From Bdellovibrionales bacterium (GTDB taxonomy: Bacteria; Bdellovibrionota; UBA1018; CAIMNF01), in the NCBI GenBank assembly GCA_947502835.1, contig CANNBJ010000002.1, positions 397,850 through 461,849 on the forward strand: 64,000 bases of DNA, written 5' to 3'. Below, piece by piece: positions 1 to 9,148 of this stretch. Position numbers and translations under genes: made by a program. A model generated the notes under the pieces. That model was not told where the DNA came from. It ran no database searches and saw only the letters and a list, made by a program, of their open reading frames with translations. Position 1 is the stretch's first letter. Each line of letters begins with the position of its first letter.

Positions 1-651
1 GAGGCGAACGCACCCGTGGCCGCCGCCCCTGCACAATCGCCCGCCCGTGCACCAGTGGAGACTGCTCAGCCTGTGCCGGTTCCGGTCAAGACTGATCCCA
101 CCACACTGAGTGAAGATGAGCTGAGGGCCGAGCTTGCGCGCGCCAACGGACGATTGGAGGAAATGCAGCACGAGCAGGAGATCAAGGAGAAGTCGACCGG
201 CGAGGATCTGAAGAAAGCCCAGGAGCGGATCGCAGCCCTTGAAAAGCAACTGAAGGAGCTCACTCCGGAAACGGTTGCCGTGCCCGAAGGCAAGACCCCG
301 CTTGAGGCTGGAAAGGATTCATACGGCGAGGGAAAATACGAGGAAGCGATCGTGTTCTTCTCCCGGTTCCTTTCCGGACAGGACTCGGGGAAGCAGGTGG
401 AGGAGGCGACCTTTCTCAGGGGAGAGTCTCATTTCAAAAAACTCCAGTACAACAAGGCCATTCTCGACTTCTCCAAATTCCCTGAAAAGTTCCAGAAATC
501 CCCGTTTCATCCGAAGGCATTGTTGAGAATCGCGGAAAGCTTCGAGGCAACGGGACGCAAGGATGATGCGAAGGTGTTCTACTCGGATCTCGTCGAGAAA
601 TTCCCCAAGACGGCCGAAGGAAAAATCGCGAAGAAAAAGCTGAAGAAGTAA
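1..651 (+). CDS. TPR protein, CpoB/YbgF-like (5'-partial)
   Basis: Frame is open from base 1; coiled-coil followed by three TPR-like repeats (ATFLRGESHF, ALLRIAESF, LVEKFPKT). Confidence 0.65.
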   Translation, partial: EANAPVAAAPAQSPARAPVETAQPVPVPVKTDPTTLSEDELRAELARANGRLEEMQHEQEIKEKSTGEDLKKAQERIAALEKQLKELTPETVAVPEGKTPLEAGKDSYGEGKYEEAIVFFSRFLSGQDSGKQVEEATFLRGESHFKKLQYNKAILDFSKFPEKFQKSPFHPKALLRIAESFEATGRKDDAKVFYSDLVEKFPKTAEGKIAKKKLKK

Positions 652-653
652 TC

Positions 654-1715
654 ATGAGTTTGATCCTTGGAATTGAAACCTCGTGCGATGAGTGCAGTGC
701 TTCGGTCTTGATCCACGAAGGAGCGGGATATGCGCCCATTTCCATCAGCACCTATTCGCAAATCGAACTCCATCAGCCGTACGGCGGAGTGGTGCCTGAG
801 GTGGCATCCAGAAACCATCTCGAACAGATCGATCCCGTGATCTGGGATGCGCTCGGGCGGGCGAAAGTTGAGGTCGCGGATCTCGATGCAATCGCGGTGA
901 CCAATCGTCCAGGCTTGATCGGCGCACTCCTTGTTGGAGTTACGGCCGCAAAGGCTCTTGCATATGCGAGCAAAAAGCCATTGGTTCCGGTCCATCACCT
1001 TGAGGGCCACTTGATGAGTGCCTTCCTCCGAAGTCCAAAAACAGGAGTGCCGAAGATTGAATTTCCTGCGGTGTTCCTTCTTGCCTCGGGCGGGCACACC
1101 AATCTTCATTGCATCGAGAATGCGCCCGAGCTGTGGGAAGCCACCGTGCTCCGGGATTCGCTCGCGGGCTGCTCCATGGATGATGCCGCGGGAGAGGCCT
1201 TTGACAAGTCGGCAAAAATTCTCGGATTTCCGTATCCGGGGGGGAAATGGATCGACGAGGAGTCATCCAAAGGCGGAAACCCCGCAGCCTTTGATCTTCC
1301 ACGGGGTCTCAAGCAGAAGGACTCGCTCTCGTTCTCCTTCAGCGGATTGAAAACCGCTGTCGCACTCCTGGCCCAACGACTCCTCAAGGAGGGGGTGCTT
1401 CAGGCTGCGTTGCCTGACGTTTGTGCAAGTGTGCAAGAGGCGATCGTGGACCCCTTGATCCGGAAAACCCTGACCCTTCAGAAAATGAAGAGCGCAAAGA
1501 CGATTGTCGTTGTGGGCGGGGTTGCTGCGAATTCGAGGTTGCGGGCTAGATTCTCGGCGGAATCACCGGTGCCCGTGGTCTATCCCGATCTTCAGTATTG
1601 TACCGACAATGCCGCGATGATTGCGGCTGCGGGCGCGGTTCGGTATGCCCAAGGCCATGGGCTGAAGGCGTCCGATTTTCTCAAGTTGAACGCCTTTGCG
1701 ATTGCGGAGCACTGA
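654..1715 (+). CDS. tsaD: tRNA N6-adenosine threonylcarbamoyltransferase TsaD
   Basis: ILGIETSCDE, YGGVVPEVASRNH, HHLEGH, DDAAGEAFDK and CTDNAAMIA motifs. Confidence 0.97.
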   Translation: MSLILGIETSCDECSASVLIHEGAGYAPISISTYSQIELHQPYGGVVPEVASRNHLEQIDPVIWDALGRAKVEVADLDAIAVTNRPGLIGALLVGVTAAKALAYASKKPLVPVHHLEGHLMSAFLRSPKTGVPKIEFPAVFLLASGGHTNLHCIENAPELWEATVLRDSLAGCSMDDAAGEAFDKSAKILGFPYPGGKWIDEESSKGGNPAAFDLPRGLKQKDSLSFSFSGLKTAVALLAQRLLKEGVLQAALPDVCASVQEAIVDPLIRKTLTLQKMKSAKTIVVVGGVAANSRLRARFSAESPVPVVYPDLQYCTDNAAMIAAAGAVRYAQGHGLKASDFLKLNAFAIAEH

Positions 1716-1719
1716 TTTG

Positions 1720-2547
1720 ATGCGAACGTTTGACAAGCAAAAGGCATTTGGCCAGCACTTTCTCAAGGATGAGCGAATCATCTCGACGATCGTGGACGCG
1801 GCATTTTGTTCCCTGGAGAGGAATCCCGGACATGCACTCCTGGAAATCGGGCCGGGAAAGGGCGCCATTACGAGACCCCTGCTTTCCAGGCTTCCTTTGG
1901 ATGTGTCCTTTCATCTCGCGGAGCGGGACCGGGAGTTGATCGAGTTCTGGTCGGGAGAATCCCGGGTCGGCGTTTTATTTAAAGGTGATTTTCTGGACCA
2001 AGGAGAGGAGGCTCTTCGGAGTCTCGGCAAACTGATCGTGGTCTCGAACCTTCCCTATTCGGCCGGAACCGCGATTGTGGTGAAGCTTGCCTCGATCCCC
2101 GATTGTGTCTCCGAAATGGTACTCATGTTCCAGGCGGAAGTGGCAAAGCGCCTCTACTCGGGTGCATCCACCCCTGACCGTGGAAGTTTGTCACTCTTCA
2201 TTCAGAATGAGTGGGATGTGGAACGGTTGTGCGTGGTTCCCCCCACAGCCTTCCAACCCCCGCCGAAGGTCATGTCGGAGGTGGTCACACTGAAAAGAAG
2301 GCCCGAGCCCCTGATTGCTCTCCCGACGGACGGCGAGAAGAAGGCCTGGAATGACCTGTTGAAGTTGGCATTTCGTCATCGCAGGAAGATGATCAAGGGG
2401 AATTTTTCCGGAACCGTGTGGCAGAAGGCGCTTGAGCGGAGCGGGGTGGATCCAACGAAGAGAGCCGAGGGTCTGGAGTGGGCGGAGTGGATCCGGCTTT
2501 GGGATTCCGGCAAGGAGGAAGCGTGCAGCCAATCGATCGAAAATTGA
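1720..2547 (+). CDS. rsmA: 16S rRNA dimethyladenosine transferase RsmA/KsgA
   Basis: KAFGQHFL, LEIGPGKG, SNLPY and FQPPPKV motifs; ATG at 1720 chosen as start. Confidence 0.95.
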   Translation: MRTFDKQKAFGQHFLKDERIISTIVDAAFCSLERNPGHALLEIGPGKGAITRPLLSRLPLDVSFHLAERDRELIEFWSGESRVGVLFKGDFLDQGEEALRSLGKLIVVSNLPYSAGTAIVVKLASIPDCVSEMVLMFQAEVAKRLYSGASTPDRGSLSLFIQNEWDVERLCVVPPTAFQPPPKVMSEVVTLKRRPEPLIALPTDGEKKAWNDLLKLAFRHRRKMIKGNFSGTVWQKALERSGVDPTKRAEGLEWAEWIRLWDSGKEEACSQSIEN

Positions 2548-3167
2548 AATCATTTTTGAAAATCATCCGGGATCACTTTCTCTCGGGGCTTCTGGTGCTT
2601 GCCCCGATCTTCATCGTGGCCTTCGTGTTTCAATGGATCCTCGGTGGAATCATGAATTGGATGGAAGAGGGGCCCTTCCGCATTTTCTTCCACGATCCAG
2701 CAAGCGAGATCGCGGGAGCGTTCCGTTTCGTTCTGATGCTGGGGATCCTCTTGACCGGAGTCCTCCTGATCTCGGGTGTCGGGTTGTTTTCGAGGCTCTA
2801 TTTCGGCCGGAGGCTTTTTCAATGGCTGAAAGAGGGGATTGAGAAGATCCCGTTTTTCGGTGCGATTTACTCTTCCCTCAACCAGCTTTTTGCTGCGGTT
2901 TCTCCGGAAGGTGGCAAGCAGTTCAATCGGGTCGTGTACGTGGAATACCCCCGCAAGGATGTTTGGGCCGTGGCATTTGTGACGGGTCAGGCCACCCTGA
3001 AAGGGATTCCGCCCGGATCGTTGAGCGTGTTCATTCCCACGGTCCCGAACCCGACCTCCGGATTCCACTTGATGGTGAAAGAGTCTGAAGTTATCGACAG
3101 TGGCCTCAGGGTCGAGGACGCATTCAAGCTGATTCTCAGTCTTGGAGTGGCGGTTCCCCATGAGTGA
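2544..3167 (+). CDS. DUF502 family membrane protein
   Basis: Two N-terminal TM segments, VYVEYPR and VFIPTVPNPTSGF; TTG start overlaps the rsmA stop. Confidence 0.85.
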   Translation: MKSFLKIIRDHFLSGLLVLAPIFIVAFVFQWILGGIMNWMEEGPFRIFFHDPASEIAGAFRFVLMLGILLTGVLLISGVGLFSRLYFGRRLFQWLKEGIEKIPFFGAIYSSLNQLFAAVSPEGGKQFNRVVYVEYPRKDVWAVAFVTGQATLKGIPPGSLSVFIPTVPNPTSGFHLMVKESEVIDSGLRVEDAFKLILSLGVAVPHE

Positions 3168-3660
3168 GTCTTCGGGCGAAAAAATCATCGCGACGAATCC
3201 AAACGCACGATCCGATTTCTTCCTCGAGGAATTTGTCGAGGCCGGGATCGTTCTTGCGGGTACCGAGGTGAAGAGCATCCGGAGCCAAAGCCCGAACCTG
3301 AAGGACTCACATGTTGAGATCAGCAGCAAAAAGCGCGGCGAGAGGGTTGCGCCGAAACTCGAGGCGTGGTTGCTGAATTTCCATATTGCGCCGTATTCCC
3401 ACGGAAACATCTGGAATCATGAAGCAAAACGCCCAAGAAAGCTTCTTCTGCATGCGCACCAAATCAAGAAAATGTTCGGGGCTCTCACCCAAGAAGGAAA
3501 GACGCTCATCCCCACGCGAATCTACTTCAAGAACGGCAGGGTGAAGGTCGAGGTTGCGATCGCAAAGGGCAAGAAAAAAGGCGACAAACGCGAGGACGTG
3601 AAGAAGCGGAGTCAAAATCGTGAAATGCAACAGGCGATGAAACAACGCCAGCGGAGGTAA
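3160..3660 (+). CDS. smpB: SsrA-binding protein SmpB
   Basis: EAGIVLAGTEVKSIR, RKLLLH and KGKKKGDKRE motifs. Confidence 0.96.
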   Translation: MSESSGEKIIATNPNARSDFFLEEFVEAGIVLAGTEVKSIRSQSPNLKDSHVEISSKKRGERVAPKLEAWLLNFHIAPYSHGNIWNHEAKRPRKLLLHAHQIKKMFGALTQEGKTLIPTRIYFKNGRVKVEVAIAKGKKKGDKREDVKKRSQNREMQQAMKQRQRR

Positions 3661-3666
3661 GGGTTG

Positions 3667-4668
3667 ATGGAACCGATGGAACTCATTCGAAGGATTCCGA
3701 AGGCAGAGCTGCATTTGCACATCGAGGGTTCGCTTGAGCCCGAGTTGATGTTTGAGATTGCACGGAGAAACGGGGTGGAAATCCGGTTCAAGAGTGTGGA
3801 GGAGGTGCGGAAGGCCTACTCTTTCCACAATCTTCAATCGTTTCTCGACATCTATTACGAGGGAGCGAAGGTTCTTCTTCATGAGCAGGACTTCCATGAT
3901 CTCACCCGGGCATACCTCGAACGGTGCCGGGAGGATCATGTGGTCCACACCGAGATTTTTTTTGATCCCCAGACTCATACGCATCGGGGAGTTCCCTTTG
4001 AGACCGTTTTCAAAGGCATCCAGCGCGCACTTGTCGAGGCGCGATCCGAGTGGGGCATCAGCTCGAAACTGATCCTTTGTTTCCTTCGGCATTTGTCCGA
4101 GGAGGACGCGTTTGAGACCCTTCGCCAGGCGATTCCCTTCAAAAAGGACATCATTGCCGTGGGACTCGATTCTTCCGAGGTGGGACATCCACCTTCCAAA
4201 TTCAAGAGAGTCTTCGACGCCGCACGGGCCGAGGGGTTCCTGACCGTTGCCCATGCGGGCGAGGAGGGCCCTCCTGCGTATGTTCGGGAGGCGCTCGATT
4301 TGCTCGGGGTCAGAAGAATCGATCATGGAGTTCGCTCGATCGAGGATCCGGCCCTGTTTGCAGAAGTGGTTCGAAAGCGGATTCCCCTGACCGTGTGTCC
4401 TCTCTCCAACATAAAGCTTCGGGTCTTTCCCCGTTTGGAGGATCACAATTTGAAAATCCTCCTGCAGAAGGGGGCCTGTGTGACCTTGAATTCGGATGAT
4501 CCTGCCTATTTCGGTGGCTATCTGAACCAGAACTTCAGGGAAACCGTCAGAGCCCTCTGCTTGACCTCAGATGAGGTCCGAACTCTCTGTGAGAACTCGT
4601 TTGAAGGCTCCTTTTTGTCAGAATCTGAAAAGGAAGAGTGGATCCGGAAGATCCGGGAGTTGAAATGA
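3667..4668 (+). CDS. add: Adenine/adenosine deaminase (amidohydrolase)
   Basis: [30 protein letters not shown] and [10 protein letters not shown] motifs. Confidence 0.92.
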   Translation: MEPMELIRRIPKAELHLHIEGSLEPELMFEIARRNGVEIRFKSVEEVRKAYSFHNLQSFLDIYYEGAKVLLHEQDFHDLTRAYLERCREDHVVHTEIFFDPQTHTHRGVPFETVFKGIQRALVEARSEWGISSKLILCFLRHLSEEDAFETLRQAIPFKKDIIAVGLDSSEVGHPPSKFKRVFDAARAEGFLTVAHAGEEGPPAYVREALDLLGVRRIDHGVRSIEDPALFAEVVRKRIPLTVCPLSNIKLRVFPRLEDHNLKILLQKGACVTLNSDDPAYFGGYLNQNFRETVRALCLTSDEVRTLCENSFEGSFLSESEKEEWIRKIRELK

Positions 4669-5414
4669 CAAGCCTGAAGAGTTTGATCCCGTGGGTCTTT
4701 TTGTTCGGTCACCCCGGATTGAGTGCCGCGCAGTCGGACCACGGCTCCTCCCGCGTGGGGAAGTGTGAGGCCGGAATCCGTTCCTATCTGGCGTTCGAGA
4801 AGAAGGGCCGGACTGTGGTTGAGGCTGCCGCCCCGCTCGGTGCCGGTGCTTGTCGGGACGCGGTCGGTGATGTGGAACAGACAACGGTCGTGCTCGCCTC
4901 CGAATGCGGAACTTTCCCCTTCGAGAAATTCGAGAGTCCCCTGAAGTCCGGGCTGCAAAAGGTAAGAGGGGTGATGCCTTCCGATACGGTGTTGGATGTA
5001 ATCTCGAAGGCCAGATTCCAGCACATCAAGGCACTCAAGAGTTTTTGTGGAATGGAGCCTCCTCCGGTCGGGGTGACTCAGGACGCGGCCGACTGTTCCT
5101 GGTTCATCGATGTTCAGCTGAAATACTTTAAAAAGCTCGGATCCATTCTGGCTGGTCTTGCTGTGAATTCCGCGAAGTCCTGCATTCAAAGGTATGAAAT
5201 CATCAAGAATTCAAGGCTTCAGGTTCCGGAAGCGTGCCGGCGCTATACGATGGAGACTTTTCCCGGCGAGGATGTGAAGGTCAGGATGGTGGAGCTCTGG
5301 TCGGATTCAGGTCGGACCCCGAATCCGGGCGAGAATATGGCCGATGCGTTTGTCAAACTCAGGGCCAATGGCCTCCCCGGCTTGCGCAAGCTGTGCGACT
5401 CGGGTGCGCGGTAA
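4665..5414 (+). CDS. Hypothetical secreted Cys-rich protein
   Basis: ATGA overlap with the add stop; signal-peptide-like N-terminus; 8 Cys. Confidence 0.6.
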   Translation: MTSLKSLIPWVFLFGHPGLSAAQSDHGSSRVGKCEAGIRSYLAFEKKGRTVVEAAAPLGAGACRDAVGDVEQTTVVLASECGTFPFEKFESPLKSGLQKVRGVMPSDTVLDVISKARFQHIKALKSFCGMEPPPVGVTQDAADCSWFIDVQLKYFKKLGSILAGLAVNSAKSCIQRYEIIKNSRLQVPEACRRYTMETFPGEDVKVRMVELWSDSGRTPNPGENMADAFVKLRANGLPGLRKLCDSGAR

Positions 5415-5428
5415 GGCGGATTTGAAAC

Positions 5429-5457
5429 TGGACTTTGCCCTGCCGACCTTGTAGAAC
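5429..5457 (+). promoter_or_regulatory. Putative sigma-70 promoter of rpoZ
   Basis: TGGACT-17 nt-TAGAAC, ending 9 nt before the ATG. Confidence 0.4.
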
Positions 5458-5466
5458 AAAGGGCCT

Positions 5467-5688
5467 ATGGCACGCGTTACGATTGAAGATTGTTTGACCA
5501 ATGTCGAAAACATGTACGAGCTGATTCATCTTGCAACCCGCAGATCGCGTCAGCTCTTCAAGGGCGCGGATGTGTTGGTAAAGTCGAAGAACAGGACCGT
5601 AGTGAATTCCCTTCGCGAAATCGCGGCAGGGAAAGTGGTTCCCTTGTACAAGGGCGAGGATGAAGGTCCTCTTCCGGGCGAACTCTGA
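5467..5688 (+). CDS. rpoZ: RNA polymerase omega subunit
   Basis: MARVTIEDCL...LIHLATRRSRQL...SLREIAAG. Confidence 0.95.
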   Translation: MARVTIEDCLTNVENMYELIHLATRRSRQLFKGADVLVKSKNRTVVNSLREIAAGKVVPLYKGEDEGPLPGEL

Positions 5689-5733
5689 GATATTTCTTTC
5701 TTACCCTTCGGGGATTGAACATTCCCTATTGCG

Positions 5734-6981
5734 ATGATGCGCTTTCTCTTTTGCTTTCTTTTGTTGTCCGTTTCAGGGTCGGCACAAGCGTTCTTCCAAT
5801 ATGCCCCCAATCGAGCTGTGCGCGAGGAAGTGGAGCAGCATGAATTCCGGATTCTTCCGCGCTCCGATACGTTCGTCATGGCCTTGGATGGTGATTTCTT
5901 CAAGCCGGTGTTTGTGGGCAGCGGTGAGGGCGACTATTACCGGGAAGACTTCTATCATGGGAACGGGTACTGGCTCGATCTCAGGGGCGAGTTTCAACCC
6001 ACCAAGCATCTTGTTCTGAATCTCAGAACCACTCTCACCCAAGGGACCACCAGTAACGGGCCCACCTTCAATGCGCTCGTCATTCCGAGGCTTGGGCTCA
6101 CGTACCGTCAGAGCGGCTTTTTGGGTTTGGAGTGGGAAACCCGGCTCGGAGATGTGGATCGACAGACCTTGGGATCGGGGATCTTCATCGAACAAAAGGA
6201 AACCGCGGGGGGAACCATCGCCGCCCGGGGCGGGGATTTTCATGCGCGACTCCTTGTGGATGGAACAGGGAGTTTCACCCTGGATGGGGGAGTTGCGGCG
6301 CTTGAGGTGATTTATGGAGAGGGAGTCCTCGGAGCCACAGTGATGATGCTTGAGCGGGATGTGGGATATCGCCCCCCGCAGTTCACAGCTACCTTGTTTT
6401 CAAAAGGGAGTTTCACCGAAGGGTTCGGCTATCGGGCCGAGGCTGGAGGGAACGAGTTGAATTATGCCGCACTCGCGGGATTGGACTATGAGGTTGACCT
6501 TGATCGCTTCAAGTTCCGGATTGGACCACAATACCGCCACTACGGACGCAAGCTCTTCGGGGATCTTGCCGGAGCGATCAACCAGACTTATGTCGGCTAT
6601 GATCAAAACGACAAGCCCTTTACGAATTTCCTGAATATCTCGGCCTATGGGGACAATGTTGATGCTTTCTCAAGCCAGCTCGGGGGAGAGTACCGATTCA
6701 ATCGTTTCTACAGCGTGTATGCCCGCTCCGAGTGGTTTGCATTCCGGTTTCATGACCGCCCCGATGTGAGCGGGATCTTTTACCGTGCCGGATTCCGATT
6801 CTTCCCGTTTCCGGGAAGAGAGGATGAATTCGGTTTACTCATCGGAAACCAATACCTGATTGCGTCCACCCTCGGCGATTCCGGGAGAGTGGTGGCTGCG
6901 CCCAACCAGTTTGACCTTGAGAACAAGCCGCTTTTCATGCAGCAGACTTTCTGGATGGTTCACTTCTCCATCAAAATGTAG
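5734..6981 (+). CDS. Putative outer-membrane beta-barrel protein
   Basis: Signal peptide (SAQA), Gly/aromatic-rich alternating strands, amphipathic C-terminal strand. Confidence 0.6.
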   Translation: MMRFLFCFLLLSVSGSAQAFFQYAPNRAVREEVEQHEFRILPRSDTFVMALDGDFFKPVFVGSGEGDYYREDFYHGNGYWLDLRGEFQPTKHLVLNLRTTLTQGTTSNGPTFNALVIPRLGLTYRQSGFLGLEWETRLGDVDRQTLGSGIFIEQKETAGGTIAARGGDFHARLLVDGTGSFTLDGGVAALEVIYGEGVLGATVMMLERDVGYRPPQFTATLFSKGSFTEGFGYRAEAGGNELNYAALAGLDYEVDLDRFKFRIGPQYRHYGRKLFGDLAGAINQTYVGYDQNDKPFTNFLNISAYGDNVDAFSSQLGGEYRFNRFYSVYARSEWFAFRFHDRPDVSGIFYRAGFRFFPFPGREDEFGLLIGNQYLIASTLGDSGRVVAAPNQFDLENKPLFMQQTFWMVHFSIKM

Positions 6982-6983
6982 AT

Positions 6984-8234
6984 CTAAAGACAGTATCGTC
7001 GGGTTGTGGGATCGCCGCAAAATCGTTTCAATCCACGAACGATCCGGCCCATCTCGGCGTTTTCCTCGGGGCTGATCCTCACTTGACCCAGCAGGGACGA
7101 GCGTGCCGTTGCCTCGGGGGTTTCTTTCACTTCATGCCACAACGGATAGTGGAGCTCGCGCTTCCCGGTGGATGCGTTGAATCGGATCTCGAGAAACTTC
7201 GGCGAACGGACAAGGTCGCTGAAATAGAAGTTGATGTCCCACAATTCGATTCGTCCCGTACCATCCGGATTCAAACGAACTCCGTTGGCAATCACGGAGT
7301 GCACATCAAGGGATCCGCCGAATTGTTTTCTGGAATCAGCCGCAGTGAAGAGGATTTTCGGGAGCTCCCCCCTCTGCAGGCGGGCGCGAAGAGACCGGAT
7401 CAGGCGATCGATTCCCGCCTCATCGAGTTCATCGGTGGAGGAGAAGAATGTTCCGATGCTTCCCGTGGAAATCGCTCGCAAGGCCCAGGCCTCGGTGGTT
7501 TTGAGTTTCAGGTAAAATTCGATCTCCGGTACCGCCGAGAACTCGGAAAAACTCGTGAATCCAGGGATAATCCTCGGTCTCCCGCTCAGGATGTCATTGA
7601 TGATCGACTCGTAATGGCGGAACCATTTTTCATTCTTCTCTCTTCCGTTCGCAAGGTAGCCAACGGGTGGTGTTGCATTCGGTTCAAAGAAGGCAAGGTA
7701 GGCGAAATACTGGTTCACCGTCGAGAATCCCCAGCAGAATCCGTACTCGCGATCCGAGATCCCCGCAAACTCGTAGTCACTGTTGACGAGAGCGGGGCCG
7801 TGCTTGCGGTCGAAGTTTCCGTAAAGATACCGCATCTGGCGCGTCTTCAGGAAAGGGACGAGAAGATCATGGTAGGAAAAATGATCACGGTAAAACGTTT
7901 CATCTTCCCGCATCTGCCGATTCCCTTTCCAAAACCCCGTGGGCGACATTGGATTCAGTTTTGAGAGCGCCGATCCGGCACCGATGGATGATTGGGTCCG
8001 GAATTTCTTGAGCTCAAGATGGAATCCAGTCCGGGGACTTGGATCTTCGGTGGGGCTTGATCGCTCGTCATCGAGTTCGTGGGTTTTGTGACTCAGCTGG
8101 GGTTGCCTTTCCACGTCCCCTTCCACCAGTACAACCTCGTAGCCCCCCATGGAGAAAAACGGCCGGGTGGTTTCGGCGAGGGAGTCCGGACCGGGGATGC
8201 TCAGGAACAGAAGGGGGAGAACCGCGATTTTCAT
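6984..8234 (-). CDS. Secreted hypothetical protein, possible papain-like Cys-His-Asp enzyme
   Basis: Signal peptide; GFCWG ... VHSV ... LWDIN in catalytic-triad order. Confidence 0.6.
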   Translation of the reverse strand: MKIAVLPLLFLSIPGPDSLAETTRPFFSMGGYEVVLVEGDVERQPQLSHKTHELDDERSSPTEDPSPRTGFHLELKKFRTQSSIGAGSALSKLNPMSPTGFWKGNRQMREDETFYRDHFSYHDLLVPFLKTRQMRYLYGNFDRKHGPALVNSDYEFAGISDREYGFCWGFSTVNQYFAYLAFFEPNATPPVGYLANGREKNEKWFRHYESIINDILSGRPRIIPGFTSFSEFSAVPEIEFYLKLKTTEAWALRAISTGSIGTFFSSTDELDEAGIDRLIRSLRARLQRGELPKILFTAADSRKQFGGSLDVHSVIANGVRLNPDGTGRIELWDINFYFSDLVRSPKFLEIRFNASTGKRELHYPLWHEVKETPEATARSSLLGQVRISPEENAEMGRIVRGLKRFCGDPTTRRYCL

Positions 8235-8304
8235 GGCGCCGTTATATCTTTTTTGTTTAAAAATACAACCCTGGCGCTCCGAAATTTAAACCTCGTGAAT
8301 TTAA

Positions 8305-9114
8305 CTACTTGCGCATGAGTTTCGACCGGCGGGTGGCGGCGAGCACGGCTTTGATCAGTGTCACCCTCAGTTTTCCCTCCTCCAGGGCCATGAGACCATC
8401 GATCGTGCAGCCGGCAGGGGTCGTCACTTCATCCTTCAGTGCGGCCGGGTGCTCCGCGCGGTCAAGCACCATCTTTGCAGCACCCATCATGGTTTGGGCT
8501 GCAAGTGCTGTGGCCTGTTTCCTCGAGATGCCCACCTTCACTCCGGCTTCACTGAGGGCCTCGATCATCAAATACACATAGGCAGGGCCGCACCCGCTCA
8601 GTCCTGTGACCCCGTCAAAGAGGCTTTCCTCCAAGACGGTCACCCGACCCAGTTCTCCGAAAATCCTTTCTGCAGATTTCAGATGGGAATCCTCGCTCCT
8701 GGGTCCCTGACAGATCGCGGTCACTCCACTCTTGATCAGGCACGGCGTATTCGGCATGGCTCGAAGGATCGCGGTTTTCCCGCCGCTCCACTCTGAGATT
8801 TGATCCGTGGTCACGGCGGCACAGATTGAAATGATCAGCTGGCCCGCGTGAAACAGTTTCTGGTTCGACTCGAGAATCTTTTGAACCTGGTGGGGTTTCA
8901 CCGCAAGCAGAATGATGTCACCCGAGCGGATTGCGTCTTCATTTGAAGTGGAAACCTCGATTCCGAGATCTTTTCCCGCATCCCTTGCAGACTCGGCGGT
9001 GCGGGTGGTGCCAAGGATGCGGTATCCCGAGCGAAGGGGGCTGTCCATGAGACCACGTGCGATCGCTTCACCCATTTTTCCCATTCCAATGATCGAGAGA
9101 GTTTGCTTGCCCAT
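8305..9114 (-). CDS. proC: Pyrroline-5-carboxylate reductase
   Basis: IGMGKMG, LAVKP, RAMPNTP, GLSGCGPAY and VTTPAGCT motifs; GGAGG SD before the ATG at 9114. Confidence 0.96.
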   Translation of the reverse strand: MGKQTLSIIGMGKMGEAIARGLMDSPLRSGYRILGTTRTAESARDAGKDLGIEVSTSNEDAIRSGDIILLAVKPHQVQKILESNQKLFHAGQLIISICAAVTTDQISEWSGGKTAILRAMPNTPCLIKSGVTAICQGPRSEDSHLKSAERIFGELGRVTVLEESLFDGVTGLSGCGPAYVYLMIEALSEAGVKVGISRKQATALAAQTMMGAAKMVLDRAEHPAALKDEVTTPAGCTIDGLMALEEGKLRVTLIKAVLAATRRSKLMRK

Positions 9115-9148
9115 ATCCCTCCATTTTGCAGGAACGGCCATGCAATTT

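Noticed and set aside
3160..3670. tmRNA (ssrA) next to smpB
   Set aside because: No intergenic space and no tRNA-Ala-like ends seen.
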